From Neoconidiobolus thromboides FSU 785 (taxonomy: Eukaryota; Fungi; Entomophthoromycota): a stretch of 50,109 bases of DNA. The position numbers and the translations under genes were made by a program. The stretch's first letter is position 1; every line of letters begins with the position of its first letter. Location: assembly GCA_025603075.1 (NCBI GenBank), contig MU626401.1:1-50109 (forward strand), read 5' to 3'. This document shows positions 34,376 to 45,975 of this stretch, in pieces. The notes under the pieces were generated by a model. It searched no databases. It was not told the DNA's origin and saw nothing but the letters and a program-made list of their open reading frames with translations.

Positions 34376-36310
34376 TTCTTGTACTTACTATTAATTCTTG
34401 AAAATTAATTCAATTTCCTTAAACCTTAAATGAAATTCTAATAAATAATGCTTTTGATTACTATCTTTAGTTAATGTTCTATTTTGTTTCTTACTTAACT
34501 GCACCAACCCATAGTTCTTAGTTCCCCTTTTTTAACCTTTCAGCTCATTTTTGGTAATTTCATTAATATTTTTCTTCAAGTATATTTTTATTTCTCCATT
34601 ACCTTGACAGAATCTTACTTTGTATATTATATTTTTGTTTTTTTGAATGTTAAATTGAATTCATATTACATTTTTTAATCTTAAAATGAGCTATTAAAAT
34701 AATCGCATAAGTTTGATTTATAATAATGTTTTATAGCAATTAAATCATTTAAAAATTATATTTTATTATGTTATTATACATTAATGTTACTCTATTAGAT
34801 TCACAAATTTAAACTTGATAATCTGATTGATTTTTCATATTGAATTTAACTAATACTAATAGCTAATATAATAACTAAAATAATATATCACTTATTTATA
34901 CAATAGCTGTATATCATTCTATGATATCATCTATTGCTTATCTGGATATAGTTCCTTTTTATTATAGAATCCCTTTTAATTAATTGTCAACATGCATTAG
35001 TATAAGTATTAGTATTATTGATTTAAATTGTTTATACATTTCACATTAAATAAATTTATAATGAATTTAAACAATACTAAAAGTAAACTAAGCTTTAATA
35101 AATTCTGGATTTTAATTAACGTTTAGAGTTATTTAATAACCCCTACAAAGTTATATTAGACTACTATATTGTTTATATAACTAAAAGCATTAATAGAACA
35201 TAAAAACATATCACACGATAAATTAAAATTTTACTTTCATATTTAGCAACCAATTGCTTGTGTTCAAACTTTAGCCCGAGATTTTTATCAGATACCGAAA
35301 CGTTAATTAATTAGAGTCCAATTAGATATTAATTTAATAAATGAAAGTTTCATTTTTACCAAGTTACTAATTTATTATATTCTAATTTTGCCGATCCCTT
35401 AATAGTATTCCTTTTTTCAAATAAATTTATATACATTAGTCAACCAAAAACCTTTTTCTTTTTCTTACATTTTAATTTTTATTTCAATATTGTAAATCAA
35501 CATTATCTAAATTTATATCATTAAATTACAAATTATTCTATTTGATATATTCAATTGTACAAGAAATACCCTAATTTTTTATTAAAGAATATCTTGAAAA
35601 AACCGAGATTCTTAACAGTGGTTGAAGTGTGGGTAAAAAAGTACCTTAAGTTTTTTTTAAACAGTTCACTGGAATAGCGACATTAAACTTTTTAAGTGTT
35701 TTTTCTGGTAAAAAAGGTTTTCTAGTGGGTAGGATTTTGAAACTAGTCAAAGAGTACAGTTTTTGTAGGTTTAGTTAATAGCATATTGTGTTGTACAGGT
35801 AATAGTAAGTATAATTAATTCTTAATACTATTCCAAATGTTACTTAGAGTGTTGTTTATTTATTGATTTTAAATTTACTCAAAAAATTCGCAATTCAGTG
35901 GGATTTGCATTAAACTAAATAAGATTCTTCTATCTTTTAATCTGACTATCTTTTTTGGTAGAAAATGTACAAAGTATTTTTATAATTCTCACTCATTTAA
36001 TAGATTATTTATAATTTGAATTTATAAATTGATTTTTTATCTTAACTTAAGTAATATTTTAAAGTTTTAAATTTTATTCCCACTCAATAAAAAGTAGTTC
36101 AAGATATTTGACTGGGTGAAAATTTTTGTAAAAAATTTTCAGATTTTAACTAGAAGTTACTATAAAAAGTTGACAAATAGTTAAAATCACATTTTACTTA
36201 GAAATGACCAATTTCTAGCAAATAACATGAAAATCCTAATGATGTGTCATTAGCTAATTTACTTTACCAAGCGTCATTGAAAAAGCATTTGAATTCCAAA
36301 TGGCTATCTA

Positions 36311-36361
36311 TGATTGGCTCTAGTTGTAAACCAGCTCTAAGCAAACATAAAAGTATAAAAA
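36311..36361 (+). promoter_or_regulatory. Putative CCAAT box plus TATA box for the RRM gene
   Basis: TGATTGGCT (reverse AGCCAATCA) at 36311 and TATAAAA at 36355, about 150-200 bp upstream of the ATG. Confidence 0.4.
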
Positions 36362-36513
36362 GAGAAGGAAAAGAAACTGAAGCTACTAAAACACATCCAT
36401 CAAAAAACACTAACAAATAATTATTGAGCCACTATCACTCGCTCCACACTTGTAAGTCCCACACAATATTGCCCCACAAATTTCATCAAATCCAGCGATT
36501 TAAACAAAAAAAA

Positions 36514-37433
36514 ATGACAACCGAACAACCCATTAAATCTGAAGTGGAAGTTAAAGACGAGTTCCCACATAAAATCTTTGTTGGTAACTTAGTAAACGAC
36601 CAAAAAGAAGAAGAATTGAATGCTCTTTTTGAACCTTATGGAAAGATGTAAGGGTTCTTTTATCTCTTTTATTAAATAAGCTTATTTATATTCTTTATTT
36701 TAGTGTACAAACTCTTCTTTATTTAAAAAAGAGATCCAACTATGCTTTTATTTCTTTTGAAACTTTAGAACAAGCTGAAAAAGCTGCTAAAGAAGGTAAC
36801 GGTAAAGACCTTAATGGTAATTCTATTAAAGTAGAAATTGCTCGTCCAAAAGCTCCACGTCGTCGCCCAAAGGCACGTAAACCACGTGCCAAGGGACCAC
36901 GTAAACCAAAGGCTAAGAAAGAAGGTAGTGAAGAAGAAACCAAAGAAGGTGAAGATAAACCTAAAGAAACCAGTAACGGTACTGCTGTCAAAGAAGAAAA
37001 TAACAGTTCTACTAAAGAAGAAAAGAGTGAAGATACCGATAAAAAGGGTAAAAACTCTAGTAAAGGACCTCGTCGTGGTAGAGGTGGTTTCAGAGGCCGT
37101 GGTCGTGGTGGTCGTGCCCATAAATCAGCTAAACCAACTGGGGAACCTAACCCAACCACCTTATTTGTAGCCAACCTTCCATTTTCACTTAGCGATGAAG
37201 GACTTCGACAGGTATTTGAGTCCTTTGATGTCGTTTCAGCTCATGTTGTACGCCGTAGTGCCACTGGTCATAGCAAAGGGTTTGGATTTGTTGAGTTAAA
37301 GTCTAATGAAGAACAACAAAGAGTTCTTAGAGAGATTGGAGAAGTTGAAATTAATACTCGAATTCTTAATATTTCGGTTGCCCACTCTGAACCTTACGTT
37401 CCACCTTCAACTGAAGAAGAGAAAAGTGCTTAA
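36514..37433 (+). CDS. Two-RRM RNA/ssDNA-binding protein with a charged linker and RGG box (Sbp1/Tcg1-like architecture), 2 exons (36514-36647, 36704-37433)
   Basis: RRM1 has IFVGNL (RNP2) and NYAFISF (RNP1). RRM2 has LFVANL and KGFGFVEL. The linker contains RGRGGFRGRGRGGR. A 56-nt phase-2 GT-AG intron restores the frame. Confidence 0.9.
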
Positions 37434-37707
37434 ATATATGAATATCAATGAAAAATGATTTATGACTCTCCATACTTATTGAATTATAACTTTACTTATT
37501 TTTTAAATAAAAAATAAATGGAATTTCTTTTAATTGTTATTGTTTATTTAAAGTACTATAATTTAATTTTTTATATGAAGTTTTAACCTTTTTAATCATC
37601 TTCAATTATTTTTAATGCTTGTTAAATAAACTTCGATTTAACTAAGCATTTTATTAATAAAAATTTAACTCAAAATCATTGAGATTTTTTTATTTTTTTA
37701 AAAAAAG

Positions 37708-38857
37708 ATGACTAACGAAAAAGCAACTACAGAAAATATCTCAAAATGTCCAATTGATCATACAGATCAAAGTAAACAAGAATGGATGGAATTAATGAAG
37801 ATAGAAGAATCAAGAAAGAAAAGTAGTAATAAAGAAGAAGTAAAAGAAGGAGAAGTAAAAAAATGTCCAATAGAACATACTTCCGAAAGTTCACAAAAAT
37901 GGGTCAATATGTTAAAAAAAGAAGAAAATTTAGAAGAAATATCCTCACCCAAAGACATACAAGAATTAAATCCAAGAAATAATATGTATTATTCATCTAC
38001 TCTCAATCATTCCTCTACTTCTGCTATTTCTAATTTAAAACAAGAACGAGAAATCAGTAGCATCCCAAAAACGGATACTGAGGAAGGAGAAAGTAATTGG
38101 GTTTATCCAAGTGAACAAATGTTTTATAATGCAATGAAAAGAAAGTCTTGGAAGGCTAATGAAGAAGATATGAAAGTGATTGTTCCAATTCATAACCTCA
38201 TCAATGAAAGAGCTTGGAACTTAGTGATGGAATATGAAAGAAAATATAAAAGGTAAGGTATTTCTATTAGTATTTGTTTATTAATAATAGTAATGATATT
38301 AAATAATGAATGAATGAAAAGGGGCTATTGAATTAGTTTATTAATATTGAACTTCTAATTTTCAATTTTTATTAGTGTTTGTGATACACCAAAATTAGAT
38401 CGATTTGAAGGTAACCCAAATAAAATTAGTCCAAAAGCAAGGGTTATGAGTTGGCTAGGGTAAGTTAATTAGAAGAATATTTTAATAATATTGAGGATGT
38501 TTTTTTTGGTTTCATTACTTTTCTATTTTTTAAGAGTTATTCAAGTGAAAAGATTGTTAGTGAAATTCTCAAACAAAAAATACATTCTTATATATATTAG
38601 TTATTTATATAAAATATATAATATTTATTTTATTTAGTTATAGTCTTCCTTTCGATCGTCACGATTGGTATGTCAATAGATGTGGTAAAGAAGTTCATTA
38701 TGTCATTGATTTTTATAGTGGAAAAAAACAAGAGAATAGTAGCAATAATAATAATAAGGACAGTAGGAGTGAATTACCTTCATTTTATATCGATGCACGA
38801 CCAGCATTAGATTCATTTAATAATTTAAAAGATAGAGTATTAAATTGGTTATTTTAA
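37708..38857 (+). CDS. Holocytochrome c/c1 synthase (cytochrome c heme lyase), 3 exons (37708-38252, 38376-38459, 38638-38857)
   Basis: Two N-terminal CP heme-regulatory motifs (CPIDH, CPIEH), plus [13 protein letters not shown]-x-RK, IHN-x-x-NE-x-AW, KL-x-RF-x-[14 protein letters not shown] and D-x-RPALD. I cannot assign CYC3 versus CYT2. Confidence 0.95.
38489..38593 (+). mobile_element. MITE copy 13, inside intron 2 of the heme lyase gene
   Basis: GAGGATGTTTTT...TTTTCTATTTTTTAAGAGTTATTCAAGTGAAAAG...AAAAAATACATTCTT-ATAT within intron 38460-38637. Confidence 0.82.
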
Positions 38858-38941
38858 AAAAGATTTTAATATTAAAAATAAAATAATATCAATTCTATTT
38901 AATATTTAATTAATTATAGCTTAACATTTATTTATTTTTAA

Positions 38942-40117
38942 TTAATTTGGTAATGGTACTAACTCATTTTGAAATAAACTTGGATCACTATTACTTAAAC
39001 TATTGTTAGTATTATAATAAACTAATGGGTTGGAATACCATGGAAAATAAAACTGATAAGAAAACACGCTACAGATTATACCTATAAATAGAAATAAAAT
39101 AAATAGAAATAAAATAAATAGAAATATAATAATAATATAATAATAATATAATAATCTCTATTTTAACTTACCCATAATCATACCAAATAAAACATCTGTA
39201 AAATGATGACGATAATCAGTTACTCTTGATATCATTATAAAACTAGCTGTTAAAATAGGTAATAAACAAGGATATAATTTATAAACTTTGTTATAAGTTT
39301 GTTGTTGATTATTATTAAATAGCAATTTGTATAAATAAATGGATAAATAAAATAAACCTGAAAAAGAAGCTGAATAAAAAAGAATAAAAATAAAAATCAA
39401 TAATTAAATTAATTGAATTAATATAAAAACTTACTTGATGTATGTCCTGAATAAAAACTCTGCATACCTGCTCTTAATAGTTTTAGATTGCTTTGTTGAC
39501 ATATTGATATTGTATATAATGTTAATAAAGTTTGTTCTTTAATTAATTCTAAATTAGGATCACATCGAGATAAAAAATCAGGTCTTAATCGACTAGCTAA
39601 ATTCTATAGAAAAGTAAAAAGTTAGAATGAGTTAGTACTAGATAGTAAAAAGAAGATAAACTTACTTTAATTACATGTGTAATTAAATAGTTAACAGAGA
39701 TTGATAAAAATAAACCTAATAATTTATTTGGTTATATTATTTTTTAATATAAGATATTATTATTATTATTATTATTATTATTCTATTTACCTAAACAACC
39801 TAAATGGATATAATTCCAATCTTTTTTAATTAAACGAGTAGTTATTATTATTATTAATGGAAATAATAAAGAAGTTAACTAAATAAAATGAGCATAAATA
39901 AAGATATTTTAATTTATTAACTTACCCACAACCATAAATTAGATACTGTTTCTTGTTGTGTCATCGGATATTTTATATTATTATCATTAATATTGAATAC
40001 TTGTTGTAAATTAGGAGAATAAAAAATATCAAAGATTTTAGCGATTATTATAAATAAACCACATAAAAACCAATCTAATAAATAATAAAAATATTGTTTT
40101 TGAAATTGAAATTTCAT
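38942..40117 (-). CDS. PAP2-family lipid phosphate phosphatase (DPP1/LPP1-like), 6 exons (40117-39926, 39878-39791, 39715-39666, 39603-39435, 39369-39172, 39081-38942)
   Basis: The spliced frame is continuous. C1 motif K-NLASRL-RP, C2 motif SFYSGH (canonically PSGH), C3 motif SRVTDYRHHFTDV. Also YLLDW and D-x-x-I-x-YP near the N-terminus. Confidence 0.9.
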
Positions 40118-40269
40118 AATTAAATTGATATAAGAAATGAAGAAATAGAATTCAAGTGATTTGTTTTTTCAGTGATCTTGATTAGGAAATTAATTGCAAA
40201 AGTTTAAAGTTCAATTTTAATTTTATTAAATAATAAATAATAATACTTCATATACTATATAATCTTTAA

Positions 40270-40330
40270 TTTTATTTAATTTGATGAAAATAAAATAAAA
40301 ATAAAATAAAAATAAAATAAAAATAAAAAC
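40270..40330. repeat. (AAAAT/AAAAAT)n microsatellite
   Basis: Tandem taaaa/taaaaa units between the PAP2 gene and MITE copy 14. Confidence 0.55.
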
Positions 40331-40562
40331 AAAAGTAAATTAAATAAAAATATATTTTTTATTAATCATTTATAACTTTATATTCAACATTCCCAAAGAC
40401 AATATTAATAAATGAAATCCATCAATTGAATATTGAATTCTAAAATTAAAACTATTATTTTCCTTTTAACATAATATAATATCAATAATTATTCTAACTT
40501 ATCAAATTCTTATTATTTAACTATTAATTAATATTTATTCTATCCTCATCATTAATACTATT

Positions 40563-40665
40563 ATATGGGGATGTATTTTTTTGCTTAAGGATTTTACTAA
40601 TAACTTTTCTACTCAAATAGTGCTTAAAATGGAAAAGTAATGAAACTGAAAAAACATCCCCATAT
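40563..40665 (-). mobile_element. MITE copy 14
   Basis: ATAT-GGGGATGTATTTTT...AAAAAACATCCCC-ATAT, 25 bp beyond the GT32-4 stop codon. Confidence 0.92.
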
Positions 40666-40690
40666 CTTTTTACTGTAACTTAAAAATTAA

Positions 40691-41461
40691 CTACTCTTTT
40701 GTATAAATTAGGCTGTTTTTCTTCTTCCAAGAACCTGAAAATAAATGTAAAACTTTACCAGGATAATGAATATAATGCCCTTTATAATCTGAACAAAATC
40801 CAGTTAAAGGAAGAACATAAACCCCATTGATTAATCTAGGACTTAAAATATTTAATTCTCTTTTATCCCTTACATTCAAATATTCTAATACTGCATCTGA
40901 CCAAATACCAGGTCCAGTCCAATTCATAATATCACAATAAGTCCATGTTTGTTTTTTTAACATAATTGAAGTCATTTTTTGAATCTTATTGATTACTGAT
41001 AATAAAATTGGATGTCCTTTACAACTGGCTATAGTCCATTGAATAAATTGTACATCTCTACCGAAACCTTGTTGATTACATTTATAATATTTATTAGGTC
41101 GATAATTTTCTAGCCCAACGATCATTTCAATTCCTTGATTATTATCATTCCATAAATCAATACTTTGCTTACATATTGTATCTGAGTCTGTATAAATACC
41201 ACCATTTAAATATAATTGAATATATCGAAAATAATCTGCTTTTAATATTTTTAACGGCAAAGAATTAAATGCTTCATAAATTTCTTTAGACATATGTTGC
41301 TTAACTATATCATCGACTTTATTGTCTTCATAGACCGTAAAATTATAACCTGGATTTTTAATAGTCCAACTACTTTGCACTTTTTCTGATATTACTGTAC
41401 TTGGTTTTTTGATTGTAAATATAACTTTTGGGATTTCTTTAGTTCCTAAGATTCTTCTCTC

Positions 41462-41503
<42 letters not shown>

Positions 41504-41660
41504 ATATTAAATAAATAAAAAACAACTTACTTAAATTACCAATATTTTCTGGACGAATATCTAAATAAATCCCTAATTCTAATAAAAATAAGAATAATAA
41601 AAAACCAAACAATAATAATTCAATGTTTTTAGAATTCAAAATCCTTTTTATATATCTCAT
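40691..41660 (-). CDS. GT32 (OCH1-like) glycosyltransferase GT32-4, 2 exons (41660-41531, 41460-40691)
   Basis: ORF-track fragments 41439-41660 and 40691-41380 join through a 70-nt phase-1 intron (GTAAGT...(AAT)n...TAG) into ...NIGNL-K-RRILGTKEIPKVIFTIKKP...SSWTIKNPGY. Motifs: KADYFRY, GGIYTDSDT, WTGPGIWSDA, HLFSGSWK. Confidence 0.9.
41462..41502. repeat. (AAT)n microsatellite filling most of the GT32-4 intron
   Basis: About 13 perfect TAT units, ending directly at the acceptor AG on the minus strand. Confidence 0.8.
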
Positions 41661-41954
41661 GTTATTGTCTATTATAAACTTTTGAAGTGAGCTAATAAAG
41701 CTATCTAATTAAAAAGATAAATCATTAAATATTAATTCTTTTAATTACAAGAAAATCCAATAACCCGAATATTTATATTTGAAGAACATTATTAAAGATT
41801 TATTATTAGAACAAGCCAATTAAAGATAAGCCTTAAATTCTTTTTTTATTAACCAGTGGACTCAAGTTTTTACAGTTATTGCAATTCTATTACAATTTAA
41901 ATGATTATTTGTTATAAAATTTAACTAAAACTTATTAAATTAAAAAACAAAAAA

Positions 41955-42020
41955 TAAAAAAATAAAAAAATAAAAAAATAAAAAAATAAAAAAATAAAAA
42001 AATAAAAAAATAAAAAAATA
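41955..42020. repeat. (TAAAAAAA)n 8-bp tandem repeat
   Basis: About 8 consecutive T+A7 units upstream of GT32-4. Confidence 0.75.
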
Positions 42021-43322
42021 AAATAAAAAAGTAAAACTTACATAAAGTACTATGAACTTAATAATTTCATTAAATAAGGCTACATATAAAAAGCATAATG
42101 ATACTTACTTTTTATGATAATTGCCAAATATAAGAATAATGTTTTTTGCAATTAAGTAATAGAAATTTTAGTAAATTTAAACAAACTTTAAATGAATTAC
42201 AAAGCTGGTAAAACAATGCTTCATAATTTAAGTATAGTTAAAAGCTGTATAGACTTTTTTAATATTTAGCTATTTATTACATCTTTTAAAATGATTATAA
42301 TTAGTTTTTTAATTAAAAAAAATTAGATATTTGATATAGGCTATAAAAGCCAGCTTAAATAAACTGAATAAGTTTCTTCTGCATTAATACCTTACATACC
42401 TTGGTAATGTAAAAAAAATTATAGCAAATATATTAAAAATTAATAAATATATGTAATACTGATAAATACAATATGAAAAACTAAGATCAAATTGTTATTT
42501 AATTTGGTTTTTAAGAACAACACTTAATTATCAGTATATATGTTTAGCTCAAATAATAGTTAAAACTCACTTAAAATTCTTATTTGGTTTGGTAGGATTA
42601 TCTAAATGGACAATCAAGATTATTAAAAAAAAGTGTTAATAAACCAACTGATTAGTAGGATTTTGATAGTTTTTGAATTGAATATCTTTAACAGATATCA
42701 TATTTTATTATGTTTAATAAAATCTCAAATTGTTCTAATAAAGTTTACAAAAATAAAAAGTAAGATATCTGATATTGTCTTTTATAAAAACATAGCTTTA
42801 AGAAGAAGAAGAAGAAATTAATTATAGAGATAACAGTAATAAATTTAGTGTTTAAATTGAGAACGTGTGTTAAACTCTTCTTCATTTTATTATTTTGTGA
42901 ACTGTGGTTATTTGAAATTCTTTATAAACTATAACAAAGTTTAATATGTCTGATGGATAGGTGGTAATGAACATTTTGGTATAGATAGTTCTCCCGTTTA
43001 TTGATAACTAGGATAATTCACTTTTTATAATAATAAAAATTCCAAAAGTACTAAAGTGCTCATTGCTTTAATGACAATAATGAAGTCAATCAGAATAAGA
43101 AATAAGGTATGTAAACTTTTGAACTTAACCCTATATTTTATATAGATTATCAATACTGAAAAGTATTGAATAAAGTGAACTAAACTAAATCTAAGATTAA
43201 GGTTTAACGAAAAAAAGAAAGTCTAGAGCAATAATTTTTAATACAACTATTGCAGAAAAATAGCATCTTTGGAATTATAGAACTTGTGTTTCCCTTTATT
43301 AAAAGTCGCTGTGTTCATGAAG

Positions 43323-43429
43323 ATATGGGGATGTTTTTTTTGATTTGATTACTTTTTCCATTTTTTAAGCGCTACTTGAGCGGGAAGGTTGTTGCTAAAA
43401 TTCTTAAACAAAAAAATACATCTCCATAT
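43323..43429 (+). mobile_element. MITE copy 15
   Basis: ATAT-GGGGATGTTTTT...TTAAGCGCTACTTGAGCGGGAAGG...AAAAATACATCTCC-ATAT. Confidence 0.9.
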
Positions 43430-43631
43430 TTCGAATTCTTGATATCGTACTCACTTCAGTTGAGTAATATAACCTATATCAAGTTAATGAGCAAACGAAT
43501 GTAAAGTTAGGGTAGGAGCAATAAAAAATGTGCTTTCATAGTATTACTACTAAAGTATCCTTTATTGAAATCTCATAGTAATAAAATCTATATTAAATTT
43601 TAAATTACTTTACAATAATTGACAGATAATT

Positions 43632-44590
43632 ATGATTTGCTTAGTTAATAGATTTATATCACATACTGTAATAGTCATGCCAGTAGTTGTTGTGATATTA
43701 CTAATTAGCTCAATAATTTCAGAATACCGAATGAAGCAAGGATTAGAAGACTAATTGATGGGAAGTGAGGAGTTACGTCGGGCTAACCAAATATATAAAA
43801 GAGAAGCACAAATTGAAGTAGAAAAAATAGAAAAAATAGAAAAAATAAATACTAAGTCAAAAAAGAAATTGATAGATCGGGGTATAAAAATGCCAAAGTT
43901 AATATGTATAGCTTCTACAGGTCTAAATGATACTAAAGCGATATTTCAATCTCTTGGAGGATAAGTAATCTTTTTTATAAAGTAAAGATATACAGTGATG
44001 GTGAAATAGATAATATTATTTATACAAACGTGCCTGAAGATATTTGTAAAGCTTTCAGATCTCTCTCTATGTATGTACTTAAAACTGATTACTTTATATA
44101 TATTGGGTTATGAGTATATGATGGCACTTGTACTGATACTAACACATTGTGTATTATACCAGTTGGCACACAGAATGATAGAATATCAGATGTAAATATG
44201 ATCATCTCAATTAAGACATATAATATATATCTTAACTTGAGATTCCAGAAACATAACGATCATGCGAGAGGAACCCAATCTATCTAATTGACATTTTCAT
44301 CTATTAAACGACATTCAGTTCTATGGGATATCATTAATCAAATCAAAGATATTCAGCAATGAATCTGAAAAGAGATCAAGGTGGTTATGATTTGTTAGAT
44401 TGGATAGGTCCTGGTATTCGGCTGAACACTGCCCCTAACTGCCTTAATATAATGGATGTTAAAAAGTTTGATACACAAAGGCTATTTTTTTTATTAAAAT
44501 ATATATTTTATCAACTGTTAGATTTAAAGGAGATAAAGATTATAATGGTGAAGCCAAAGTTAAACATTTTTGGGCAGCTGGAAAAATAAA
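43632..44590 (+). pseudogene. Near full-length GT32 pseudogene (psi2), closest to GT32-5 and GT32-2
   Basis: ATG 43632 opens MICLVNRFISHTVIVMPVVVVILLISS (signal anchor), followed by an in-frame stop at 43752. Remnants follow: MPKLICIA, SDGEIDNIIYTNVPEDICKAFRSL...LKTDYF, GTCTDTNT, DLLDWIGPGI and KVKHF-W-(fs)-SWK, with several stops and frameshifts. Confidence 0.82.
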
Positions 44591-45975
44591 ATTAATAAAC
44601 TGAGCTAAATTAAATACTATATTAACCTGGTATTAAATATCCCTTTAGTCATTTGTAATTAATTTAATTTTTATAATCAGTTTTTTGTTAATTTGTTTTA
44701 TAACAACTTGTTTTTTGTGTTAATTTATTTTTGATCTGTATAAATTTAGTGTTACTTTTTGTTTTAGTTTAGCTCAAGGAATAAGTTCAGTTCTTAAATT
44801 TTAAAATTAGGAATGAATTCTAATACTATAACCAGAAAGCTTCATTAAAGTAGTAGATTTACTGTATATTATTTATAATCCTCTCTATCTTTTACATCTT
44901 AAGTTATCTGAAACTTCATTTAAAACATCTTGCATTCATACAATTCCCTTAAACATTAACTTTAGTATACAAAGTTTCATGTTAAAGTTGAATTTTTTTG
45001 AACAATAATTAAAAGATAAAAAAATTCTATTATATAATTTATTTAAATTATAAGAAATAAAAAAGAGCAAATCATGATTAAACTACCACCTCTTTTTCAA
45101 ATTCTAAAGCCTTGTAAAGGTATTATTGGTGTGAGTTATTAGGACCGTGAGGCTTCCAATTTGCTTACAGTGAATTTTAATAAATAAATTATAAAGTTAT
45201 ATTATTAAATAAGATAAAAATAACAAGTAAATGATATGAAATAAAGCCCATCAATCAAATAAGACATTTATGTTTATAGTTCTACGGTAGGTATTATTAT
45301 ATTTGAAGGCTTTGTATGGATAAGTTTAAAAGAGCTAAAATCAAGGATAAGATTTTCCAATTTCACTTTTTCAAATAATTTTCTAACCTAAAATTTGGAA
45401 AAATATCAAATAGACAACTGGACAAAAAAACATTCACATATAATTTATGTAATTAATCTCAAAAGAGCAAAAAAGCAACTATTTTATAGCACTTAGTGTT
45501 TAATTTGCAATTTTTACTAAAAATCAAAAATTAGACAGAGTTTGAATCAAGTCTTTAAACTAACCTGTACATCCTTTATAAAAAAAGACTCTTGATTAAA
45601 ACCTTCAAACTGGTATTATTATGATCTGAAGGTTAGTTAAAATAAAATATAATCTTAAAATTATGATGTAACTATTGTAGATTGTAGATAAAAAGGTTGA
45701 TAACATAACGAATAATTTGAAATAAAGATTCAAGGAGGAACTCATTAAAAGCTTAAAATGCAACTATGTATAAATATTAAATAAAGTAAATTGAAATATT
45801 ATTTAATAATTTGTTTAATATTATTATGAGCTTATGAAACCATTAGTTCCTTAATTCCAAAAAAAAATATCCAATCGAGTGGTGTAAATGATAAAGATAA
45901 AGAAACAATGTATTTAAAAGGGTGATAACAAACAAGTTTACCTAATAATGAGAGTGGTGCTAATTTTTAATCAGT

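Noticed and set aside
36740-37174. ORFs 36740-37174 (-), 36765-37121 (-), 36838-37170 (+) and 36424-36651 (+) as separate genes
   Set aside because: The first three are antisense or off-frame shadows of the RRM gene exon 2. The last is exon 1 extended upstream from a TTG.
17569-42821. Isolated short ORFs 17569-17775, 34193-34408 and 42633-42821
   Set aside because: Composition is typical of AT-rich noncoding DNA and I recognise no motifs.
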